This document shows, in pieces, positions 53,101 to 64,000 of a stretch of 64,000 bases of DNA. The stretch is taken from NCBI GenBank assembly GCA_051294375.1, contig JBJCIZ010000408.1:28559-92558 (forward strand), read 5' to 3'. Numbering within the stretch: the first letter of the stretch is position 1; each line of letters begins with the position of its first letter. Position numbers and translations under genes: made by a program. The stretch is from Paraspadella gotoi. Its lineage: Eukaryota > Animalia > Chaetognatha. Under the pieces are notes generated by a model. The model was not told where the DNA came from. It ran no database searches and saw only the letters and a list, made by a program, of their open reading frames with translations.

Positions 53101-55276
53101 AATCCCTCCAGAGGATGAGAGCGAAAACACCAAATGCTAATTTATAAATGTTAATTTCTCCAATAACAATAATCCTGCGGGTCTTCTCTATTGCCCCTAT
53201 GCCTTTCCAATGCTGTCTTTCAAATTTATTGGTTTTGGCAGTTACTATAGAAAACTTACACACAAAAATAACTTCCCTCTCATGAAACCATGAACGGCCT
53301 GAGTCCAAGTTCTACACTTCACACTCAATTTCTGAGATCAATGAATTATCTTACAAACCACAAAAAAGATCTCAAATATAATATGTGTCGTTCCTAAAAA
53401 TAGAACCATTTCTTTCTTGTCGCTCTTTTGGTCTCTCCTTCCTTATGTGTGCTTTCTTTTCATTGATCTCTCGTTTTTCCTTTTCTTCCCTCCCTCCCCA
53501 AAGATATAACAACAATAAATTTTAGATCAAGCTTTATTCTCTATACTTACTAACAAAGGACACCAACTTCTATTAATTTTAACTTTTCAGAATAGATATA
53601 ATTAAATTTTTTCAGGTAATTTTCTGTAGACATGGAACTCAATTTCCCTGGAAACAAAGATGCAGTCAAAACTCAACCAAGTCATTCATCATACTTAGGT
53701 CCAGCCCTATCACGAGAATTACTATGTATAATGATTAAATAACTAAAGAAACACAATAGTTATGAGTTAACTGTTTAAAGGCACCGTTTCTTTTGCCTAT
53801 GTTCCTTGCACGAATGTAATCACTATTTAAAAATGAAAGCAAAACAAAATGGAATAATAATAATAAACCACAAATACAAATGAAATTTAGATATTAAACT
53901 TCTTTATTTCCCAGTTATTCAACAAAAAGTTAAAACAACAAAAAAACAGGATCACGGACTAACTACCGACCCTTATTATCACTAATTAACATTTATTTTA
54001 ATCTTCCATTCTTCAATTCACTTATCCCAGTTAGGGTGGTATGGAGTTTTGAAGTTCTGTCTCTAGGTTTCGATATCTATATACGGTACTCGTATTGCTG
54101 TGCTGTATGGTCGTACGTGGCCTCTTGATATAGAAACTGTCTTTGACTCCGGCAAGCGACCGCACCGAACAGATGGTCGTAACGGACTCTACTCGTGTCT
54201 CGCTCCTTTGGCTCGATAGCTCTCGGATGGGCGTCTCTCTCTTTTCTATTTACTCTCTCTCTCCTCCCCGGAGATCCGCACGGGGGGATATAGAAAATAA
54301 AAACAAAAAAATGTCCCTCTTACACGACTTCAACCTTATCTCGAAAGCGCATTCTCCGGCGAAAATCTCACAGTCCTCCTTAATGCTCTACACCGCAGTA
54401 ACAACGATCATTCAATACTTATCTTCAAAATAAACAAAACAAAGAAAGATGAATCTGAACAGCAGACAACTCCATGAGAAACCAGATAACTTTCTTAGCA
54501 ACAAAACTCTCTCTGTTCTCTCTTTTCTTATCTCTTTGTTATCTCTTTTTAATTTTCTCCCTCCACCACCCCCTTCCCTCTCACTACTCTGCCATCTTTA
54601 TTAATTTGCTCATCTCATCTAAGATTTCTCTTCCTATGTAACTCTTTTTACTGGATTATAGGGGGTCGAGATTTTATTTTATTTCTGGATTTTTGTATTA
54701 TTTTTTGTTTATCTTATTCCTTAAAAAAAATAGCTAATTATATATAAAAATGATTCTATTCTTCCTCCACCCAATCGTGTAAATTATAGTTAAAACTAGA
54801 TATTATAAAAAATCTCCTGTCCTTGTTTTTATTTCTATTATCCCAGAGCATTTTCTTTCTTAGTTTGTTGCTACATTTATTCTTCCTTGATACAAATCTT
54901 TTCACCAAACATATAAATTTTTCTCGTTTCTGAAACTTTTAAAACAATTATTAATTTTCCTTAAAACGCTTCCTGTTTAAAATTTCATTGCGTTTTATTA
55001 ATTTGTAGTGGTGTTTTATTGTAATCTCACAGTTATGATTCAATCCAAGTTACATAGTGGGTGGTTGGGTGGTTCTTTTCCGTCATGATTTTCCTCGCTA
55101 AACTTTCTGCAGAGATTTGGCTTGATTTTTCCCCCCTTTATAACACTTTTTTAGTACATGTTCGCGATTTCCTTTGTAAAACCCAATTATTTAGTTTAGG
55201 TGTGGCGGCGCTGAGACACACACAACAAAAAAAAACAAAACAAAAAAATTAAATATTTGATATTTAAAAGTAGTGT

Positions 55277-56372
55277 GCCTTACCCTCTCCCATGACAATA
55301 TGTAAACCACTCAACCCAAAAAAGGCCAACCGCTCGCTGAAGATCTCAAGACGATAGAAACCAATTTCCTACCGCTTTCCACCCTCGCACCAGCGTTTAC
55401 CTCAAATCCACGAGGACTTTCAAGGCGGACTTCTCGGTCCCGCCCTCTCTGGACTTAGCACTCGTTCCAAACCAACCAATGAAGGCGTCGACTGCGCGTG
55501 AGAGGAGGGCTGAAGAGCGACAGGTGCGCCGCGGGCCGGCGCCAGAAGGCATCGGGCGTCGGCGACGGCGCCCGAGGCGCGAAGTCGCGCCGTGTGAGAC
55601 CTGGAAGGCGTCCGCCTCTGCTCGGCGGCGTAGAGCCTTCTGCCAGCGAACTGCCTCGCGGCCGGCCGACACCAGAGGTGATGGGGCGGGGACGGACCAA
55701 CAACTAGTGACATTAACAAAGCAATATCAATTGTGTATGGCTGTGTTCCCCTCCCGGAAAACACGAACCAAGAGAGGGGCAACAAAGATAGAGGCTCACC
55801 CATACCGCCAAAAGCACACCCTCCCTCCTCCTCCCACGGCCTTCTCCTCTCCCCCTAACCCTCCACACGCCCTCCTCTCCCACTCGGGCGCCTCGGTGGG
55901 CGGTGCGGCGCGTGCGGCTGCTGTCGATGCCGCCGGGAGGTCAGCGCTAGCACGCTTTTGGAGATTCGGGACAGTGCTTCTCTCTAAACTTCTCCTCTCG
56001 GTCTTTGGTGTCTCGTCCATAGCCTCCTCCCTCCTCCCTCCTCCTCCCCTTTTTATTGTTACCCTTGTATTACTCTCTTTTGTCCCCCCCCTCCTCACTC
56101 CTGCCTTCTCTCCCTCTCCCCCCAAAAAAGACATGACCATTAGGATAGGTACCCTACTTACCTCTGGGTTCCGCGTGATAGAAGAAGACTAAAGTTAGTA
56201 AACCTACCATTTAAGAGCGTAGATGGACCGCGATCTGTCCCAGGCATACTTAAATATTAACCCTCCTTGGATGACTGTTGTTTCAGTCAGGTAAGATCGC
56301 AAGATAATCAAAATATTGTAAAAAAATTCAGGGCTAAAAGTAGCTTAAAACGGTGACAAGGAATTTCTTACC
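55277..56372 (-). CDS. Possible spliced gene of unknown function (GC-rich exons)
   Basis: Minus-strand donors GTAAGA ~56371, GTAAGT 56161, GTGAGC ~55799, GTAAAC 55400 and GTAAGG ~55283; acceptor TACTAACTTTAG at 56190; ORFs 55796-56140 and 55397-55672 end at donors; no recognisable domain. Confidence 0.3.
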
Positions 56373-58761
56373 GACGTTATGTGTGAATTTTGATTCTGGG
56401 TGGGTAAACTTGTCGATTAAAAAAGAGAAAATATATTTCAAACTCAATTTACTACTAGAGATCAAGAGCTTATCTGTTTAAACCTATTATTTTTCATTTA
56501 AATGGAAAAATATTAAGTGCATTATATCTCAATTAACTCTATAATATCTTAGAGATTCAGAAGTAAACAAAGAACAATAGTTGCTTTTTTTCTTGGAGTT
56601 GTGTGTGGTGATTCATTGTTGTGGGCTGTGACTTGTTTTGGCGTTTAAGAAAGATCTAAAGGCATTTGTTTGGTGAGAGAAGGGTAGTCTTTGGGTAGAA
56701 CTGTGAGGTATTAAATGTTCGGTATAGGAGAATGAGTTTAGAAAGTTTAGTATAGTAAATGATTTTTTAGATAGGATGTGAAGAAAGTTGAATATTGACA
56801 TTTTCGAAAGAAGAATTTGAGATCCTTCGGTCGATGTAGAATTTAGTAAATAGAGGAACTGTGATGACCTATATATTATTTTTGTGTGCTTTTTTTATAA
56901 AAAATCTCTAGATTTCTCCTCAATTCTCGATTTTGTCACTATAATCTTGTATTATATATTTAATTTTTTATGAATTATATTAATCCTATTTTTTTTAATG
57001 GCACAAATAATAAAAATTTCCCTTTAAGAGAGCATTTGGTCATGGAAAAAGATTTTTTTATAAAAAAATTTTTCCGAGTTATTTTATCTTTATGTTGGTT
57101 GGAAATCACATAATTTATTAGAGGGATATGGATGGACAGATTTTCTTTATTTTTATTGTTTATTTGTGATTCAATTTGCTATACAAATTTATTAATGAAA
57201 AATACAATTTACTTTTAATAATAATACTGTAATCGTTTTTTATATTAAAAAAAAATAATTAAGTTTTTTTTCACTCCTAATAATAACAAATTGAAGGAAT
57301 TTATTTTTAATGTATCAAAGACTAATAATTATAGAAAATAGAAATCTATGGCGGAAGTATTGAGAACAAACAGAGATGGAAAGGTGATATTTGGACAATG
57401 TTAAATATGACATAAAAAGGACTGAGATAAACATATCAAAAGTGAGCAAAAAAGATTCTGAAAATGATGCAGAAACAAAGAAAAGCGACAGAGAGAGAAG
57501 TGAGGCAAAGAGTGAAGAGCTAAAAAGAAGCTAAAGAGCAAAAGTAAGAGAGAGAAATTTGATTGTTGGTATTAAGATACGAAGGTTCACGTTAACAGAG
57601 GACTACCACAAAACATTATATATTATTTGTAACAGGAGGACGTACAGATAAGAAAGATATTTGAATGTGACTTGAAATTGATTGATTAAATAATTAATTA
57701 ATAGACATAAATTAAATTGATTTATGAACATTAAATTGCAAATAATTAGACTGATTAATAATTATTGATTATTAATATGATTAATAAACTGAATTAATAT
57801 ATTTGATTAACAAAAAAAAAAAAAATAATACATCTTGATATTATCATCGAGATCTGCCCACAGTCATTATGGTAAAATTAAATTAAATTAATAAATAAAT
57901 TAAATTAAATTAAATAATATTAAAGTTAGAAATAATTTAAATTATAATAAGAATATAAATTTATTCAAGATATAATGTAGTTTAATTGAGATTAGGCAAA
58001 TAATTAATACTATCAACGACAGCAACATCACGAACAGCCACAGCTCACGCGCAATGTGTGATGTGCAAACTTTATTAAGCATCTGACCAATGTAATTGTT
58101 TGTTCATAAATAAATATCAATCTTTATTTATTTATAGTAATAGGTGGATTAAGAAAAACATTTAAATAGTGTCACTTTTTTGGTCTTTCTTTTTTGGTTA
58201 GGACTTTTTAGGTCAGATAATTACAAAACAATTTATACTTGCTATCTGGTTTGTTATATAATGCCCAGTATAATTTATCAATAGGTTTTTGATTATTTAA
58301 ATAAAAAATGAATTGAATTGCAATGCTTAGCATTTTTAATTAGAAGTGCTGCTCGAAAAGACTGAATGAAGGTAAAAGTGACCAAAATCCATGCAAAAAG
58401 TTGCTGGAAAGTTATTGGTTAATATTTATCTTTCTTTAGGAAAACAATACTAAAATAATTATCTTGTAAAAGTTATCAGCCCATTTTGCTAAAATATAAC
58501 TTCTTGCTCTCCCCCTGCTCGCTCCCGTTCACTCGGTTTTTTTTCCTTGTTTTTCTTAGGGAAAAAATACGGTAAAGGTTATTTTTAAACATTAAAAGAT
58601 TCGATGATTCTGACGTCATAACATCTTCTGTTCACTGTATGGTAGTGGAATCATACTGTAAACTCGAAGTGCAGTCGTATTTATTTTTTCAAAATGTTTT
58701 TTTCGATTTTCTATCCACCTGTCACAGTCTCGGTGCTCTAACTTCGGATAATGATTGTTAA

Positions 58762-58819
58762 GGGGACAAGGGTTTTCCATGCAAACTATCACGAATTAAC
58801 AGGACTTGTTCTCCTCCCC
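58762..58819. mobile_element. 58-bp TTAA-flanked mini-element
   Basis: TTAA|GGGGAC...CTCCTCCCC|TTAA; right end matches the terminus at 38397-38416. Confidence 0.5.
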
Positions 58820-58897
58820 TTAACAATCCGAAGCAAGCCGGCATCCTGGTAAAGGCGACGGAGATGATGGCGATGATGACGGTGAAGACGATGACTA

Positions 58898-59616
58898 GGA
58901 GTCTACGTCGTTCATAGAAATCGAGGAAGACTTTTTAAATGGAGATTTTTCGTTAAAATCTGACTACCAAACAATGAAAACGCTCCTGGGAAAAATTTAG
59001 GTAAAAAATAGATGTAAAAACACTCGATTCTAATCCTGTTGCATTTGAAGGGCTCGCTTTTTTTTTCTCCTGACAAATAACCATCATTTTGACATCAAAC
59101 CATCAGATTGAAATGGACTGGTCCGCTCGGGAAAATATTTTTGATGCAATTTTTATATATGAAATAAAGGGATTTCTCAACTTCAATACAATGTCAACGC
59201 ATTTAATATATGTTGTGATTTTACAATAAACTTCAAATTCAGGAATCCGATAGCCATATATCTGAAGGGCTGTCAAAATTTTTCTTTACATTTTATTTAG
59301 TTATGTTAATATGATACAACCATGGTAAAGTGAATTAGTCCATTTTGGTGAAATTTTTATTTAAAGTAAAAGTAAAAGACGAGCTTACAATCAGAATTCT
59401 AAAAGTTTTCAACCAGGAGTCATATTCGGGAAAAATATTCTATGGCGAAAGTCTTCCAAAGAAGGGGTGGATTTTCCAAAGATTTTGGTTAATATTTTCT
59501 ATGTTTATGATCAGATTTTTTTAAAACTTAACAATAGCAATATTGCCATCATTCTACATTGGCCGGTAAAAGAATATATTAAAAAAACCTCTGGCTTTTT
59601 TGTCAGAGCTTAGTCC
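58898..59616 (+). mobile_element. 719-bp non-autonomous element with TA TSD and asymmetric ends (GGAGTCTACG...GAGCTTAGTCC)
   Basis: TA at 58896-58897 and 59617-59618; excision restores an in-frame TM helix; many other copies in the window. Confidence 0.85.
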
Positions 59617-61758
59617 TACGATGACGATCTTGCTGACGTCGGGTTCGTCCTTCCGCAGCTCGGACCCTGATGATTGTTGCTCTCCACCGCCACAGCGACC
59701 AATGTCTGAAAGATGGAAGATCGAAGAATCGTAAATATGTATTAATTTAATTTTAAACGCGAGAGATGATTATTTCGTTTCGGAAAAAGTCAGGTTATTG
59801 AAGAAAAAACTAAACATGAATTTGGCCGGCACGGTCCAATTGAGAAAGAGGATGTTCTGAGGATGCATTGTAATTGTAGTTTCGGGTTCGGCTCTTTTCT
59901 TGATGGTGGCGCAGTCTAGAGTCCTCGGAAGGGGAGCTACCGCCGACTTGGCAGCGACGTCATTCTTGCTGACACGGTATTGGACGAGGAACTTAGTGAT
60001 AATGCCGCGTCTATTCTTGCTTAAAGGACCACGTCTTGCTTGTGTTAACAAGTATGGCCCAGGATAGTCATAAGACTTACAATATGTGAACAGACGCAAG
60101 TCTGTTTTTGGACAGGTCTTGAGTATCTATTATGGGCATTTTTATATCTGAAGAGCATAGAAAGAGGGAAAAAAATCTTAAAAGCATAAGGATCGTCGCA
60201 ATCGCATAAGAACAAGTTTGAGCAAACAATGTCGGATCTGCCTATGATAATTAAAGTAGATGTAGAATGTATGTAATCCTGTCCCTTTAAACCAAACATA
60301 AGAAAATAAAGGGAATGGGACCATGAGGATAAGGTTAAGGTCAATTTATCCTCTTCCTCTTCCTACTCCTCCTCCTCCTCATTGATTGTTGATCTTCGAT
60401 TCCTGAAGAATTCTTCAAGAGATCCGGAAGTCCAGTACATCCGATAAGTAACGTGAGTCATAGGATGGTCATTTTGAAGTGAATGGTCATTTTCTTAAAG
60501 TCACGTGGATAATGGATCTTGGAGAAGGAAGAGAACATTTTTTAAGTCACGTGAGTCATAGGATGGTCATTTTGAAGTCGAATGGTCATTGATGGTCATA
60601 TTCTTAAAGTCACGTGGATAATGGATCTTGGAGAAGGAAGAGAACATTCGTTAAGTCACGTCAGTCATAGGATGGTCATTTTGAAGTCGAATGGTCATTG
60701 ATGATCAACGTGGTGATCTTGCGAGAAGAAGAAAGTCCTTCAAGAATTGGCGGGTGGAGTCACGTGGTTAATGGGTGTGCATCAGTTTATGGGGGTGGAG
60801 TGGGCGAGTGGTCGAGATAAAAATGGGCGAACCCAAAAATGAGATGGAAATCCATTTATTTTGAATCAGAAAAAGGCGAATTGAATCGAATTGTGCTAAT
60901 ACTGTACAAAAGTGCATTTTCATTTCTTTATATTGGAGAGAGAGAAAATTTGGTTTACATTTAAATTAAACAATTTCTAAAAATACTTCCCAATAGGTAA
61001 CGTTTTTGGCCGACCGGGCCGTTTGAACCCCAGAGCGGAGGCCAAAATAATTTCTTAGCGGGCCATTGGAATTTTTTTAAAGAAGTTACCGGCCGGCCGA
61101 TATTTTACTTTCTTACCTAATAATAATAATTCGAGGATCTTCGCACTAGGTAGGAGTGATGAAAAGATTTGAGCGATGGGAACCAATGTTTTTTGCTGCC
61201 TCTTGTATATTTTAATAAAAAATAATTAGAGCCCTTTTTTCAAAAAAAAATTTTCATTAAACAGTCATCATTAATTGAATTTTTTATATAGTACATATTC
61301 TTTATTAAAATCATTAAAATTTCAAAAATCATATTCTTTTCAATTAAGGAACAGTTTTTGCGATTTTCGCCGGAAAAAACTGATAACCTTTTGTAAAATA
61401 TGTTACATGATATTTTAGGGTTAAAGCTGCAAAAATTAACCAAAACGTTTCATCATATTAATAGTTTTTACTTACAAAGTTGTAAAAAGTGGAGAATTTG
61501 AATCTTTTTTTTCCATTTGGATGCTGAAGACATTAAAATTATCTAATAACAATTTTTATTTTTTGATCTAACTTTTTCATAAAGAATCGCGAATCTCTTC
61601 TATTAAAATCTCTAAAAAAAATTATTTATGAAAATTTATGATTTATAAGAATATTTACTATAAATATATTTAATTAATGATACTGTTCCTCAAACAATAT
61701 AAGCCAAAAATTTTTTGTACTCCTTAATCCATACTATCTCACTTCTAAAATATCTTGT

Positions 61759-62175
61759 TTGATCACTCAAAATAAAATTTATGTTCCCCCAGTGCTCCAC
61801 TCTAGTTGGATCAGTCCTTTGAGATTGACTTTGGACGGGATAAAAAGGTTGAAAGAATATTTCGACTCACTCCGCAAAAAAAATGGGAAGGAGTATTTTT
61901 CTCCACGTGCAATGAATAGTGTAGAATTATGTTCGGCACTAAAACCAATCAAACTTGAAAACTGCAAATTTCAAATGGAGGTTAAAATTTAAAAGAAGAA
62001 ATGAAAGATTAAGCAAAAAGAACTCGTATAGAAAGAACCCAAAGATTCGGTCTGAATGAAATTCAAAAAACTCGGAAATGAAACATTTTGAACTTGAAGA
62101 AGATTTGGCTGAAGCTACAGCGAAGATAAAAGAAAATTTATAGACTACGTGAAATAATAGCTTAAATGCTCTCAA
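61759..62175 (+). other. Possible coiled-coil coding fragment (copy at ~47988-48375)
   Basis: K/E-rich frames such as GIKRLKEYFDSLRKKNGKEYFSPRAMN and ELEEDLAEATAKIKE; heavily frameshifted. Confidence 0.25.
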
Positions 62176-64000
62176 AAGATAGCATTTTGCTATGGATGTT
62201 TGGTTTCGTCTTGGTTGTAATTTTTATTCTGTAGATAATGCAAATGTTGCCCTTGAAAATTTTAGGAGCTTTAAATAAACTCTGTACAAGATGTTAGGGA
62301 AAGAATTAAATTATCAAACAATATAATTTCACAGGAAAAATGCGTTTTGGCACAAGTAATGCATTTAATAAGCATTCAAAAGTAAATCCCCGTTAAACAG
62401 GAGAGATGGAGAAGGAATCACCAAGAAGTTTATAAAGCATATTAGGAACTATTGAATGAAATTCGTGCTTTTGATTTTGACACCTATGTCGCGGTGCACA
62501 GTCTCGAGGAAAAGTTTTATTCACGCTATTTGCTCATGCAAAATTTTTTAACCTATGTGACCCAAAATTTTTGCTCTGTCTGATTACTAACATATGCCTG
62601 TATATTCGAACGAACATAGGCTCTCTGGGAAGATGGGTATCTTGAGCTAAGGTCAGGTACTAACTAGTCTCTCATACAGCGGAAAAGAGGTAAGAAGGGG
62701 TAATTATGTAATGGTATAGGAAAACAGATATAGACAAAAGGGTATTCAAGGTGGTACATAAAAAGGTCTCTCCCCAGGTTTAACTTCCCAGCGATTAAGT
62801 TTCCCTTGCTTCTACCGACCTAACTGGCTAACGGCAAACCCTCCCAAAACCCCACCCTTAATTTTTTTCTTCCTTTCCTAATCTTAATTTTTTCATACTA
62901 AATTTTTTTTTCTTATCTCCTCGCGCGCCCGCAATTAAAAAAAATTTCAACTCTCCCTAATATTTCACAAAAAAATTTCCCTGCATTGCGCCAAAAACCG
63001 TTTTAAAAAAAATTGTTTCTTCAAACTCCAACGCCAAAGGGAAAATACGAATAAGAACCACGCTTCATCTCACAAATAAAACCAGTAAGATCACTAATTC
63101 GCCCTTTTTATTTTTAGTTAATCCGGACATTTAGTGTTGTACATGTAACACAGATGAAAAATTGTAATATTCTCCCCTTTAGCCAAGATAATCCGCGGAC
63201 ATTAATGTAATTTTTTTCTCTCAGTATTTTTCCTTACTATTTTACTATCCCGCTCACTAAATTCAATTTTGATAGTTCGATTTTATTCTATTTTGCTTCC
63301 ACTGGTTAAATTTTAACTTTACACTGCCTCCACTAGTCCTTACCCTGCACATTATTTCAACTTTAATTTTATCCTGTATCTTAACTATTCCATTACTTAA
63401 AAACTCATATTTCTCCTTTTAATTTCACTATTTTCACTCACTATTTCCATTTTCATACTTTTGTCCTATTTTAACACTCCATTTTCGCTTTTTATTAATT
63501 TTCACTATTTCAACTCTCCCATTACTATTTTTAACTCACCATTTTTCCGAACTTTTGATTCACGATTGCATGATTTTCATTGATCCACAAGTTCACTCAC
63601 TTTTTCGATTATTGGTTTACTATTTTCAAACGCACAATTTCTATCTTATCTCCTTTAGAAAATACCATCCCTTCCTCTCTTTACTTACCCTATCATCCTT
63701 CACCCACCCTTCTTTAGCTACCTCCCCTCTCTCTCATCGATTAGTCGGATCACGCATTCTTTACTAACCCTCCACCTTCCTTGACCGTGAGCCGATCCCC
63801 CATTGATCTCAGCATCTCTTTCTCTTTACTCTTCTTTCCCGGCATCCTCTTCTTTCTCTCTATTTACTTCCAAGCCTCTGTTATTTCCTCATCCATTCCT
63901 CACTCGGAAGAGAACAGCTGCGCAGAGAGGAATGTCCATGTCCTGACCAAAACGGACGACTCTCCCACCGCTCCTTTGCCCCTCACTGGGCCCCTCACTT

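Larger units (their letters stand above)
58720..60050 (-). pseudogene. FN3-domain + transmembrane receptor fragment disrupted by a transposon
   Basis: RGIITKFLVQYR, TSSFSIGPCRPNSY and VAVAVESNNHQGPS are FN3-like; intron 59815-59706; removing 58898-59616 plus one TA gives DVSKIVIVVIVFTVIIAIISVAFTR. Confidence 0.55.

Noticed and set aside
55479-56192. 237-aa plus-strand ORF, the longest in the track
   Set aside because: Low-complexity with no domain; splice signals favour the minus strand, so it is probably an antisense shadow

Overview
This is AT-rich eukaryotic (probably invertebrate animal) genomic DNA from an error-prone long-read assembly. It has N-gaps, homopolymer indels and near-duplicated blocks, so most of the provided ORFs are fragments or repeat shadows. 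Recognisable spliced genes: two tandem alpha-kinase paralogues (+, 28.3-34.0 kb; the complete one has a vWA domain, Dictyostelium VwkA-like architecture), a convergent sulfotransferase-fold gene (-, 34.5-37.8 kb), and an FN3+TM receptor fragment split by a transposon (-, 58.7-60.1 kb). The rest is dominated by mobile DNA: Helentron-associated (HINE/DINE-1-like) elements, a deleted Tc1 element, a TA-target element with asymmetric ends, TTAA-target ends, tRNA-derived SINE heads, foldback MITEs and minisatellites. Two observations stand out. (1) The 3' part of an LTR retrotransposon (PPT plus a 492-bp LTR at 16770-17261) appears to carry an antisense, intron-containing gene for a type I membrane protein (signal peptide, TM, basic stop-transfer). 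(2) A 194-bp Penelope-like insertion with an 11-bp TSD and a hammerhead-ribozyme core sits in an intron of one alpha-kinase copy. All protein reconstructions required manual frameshift correction and no database searches were run.
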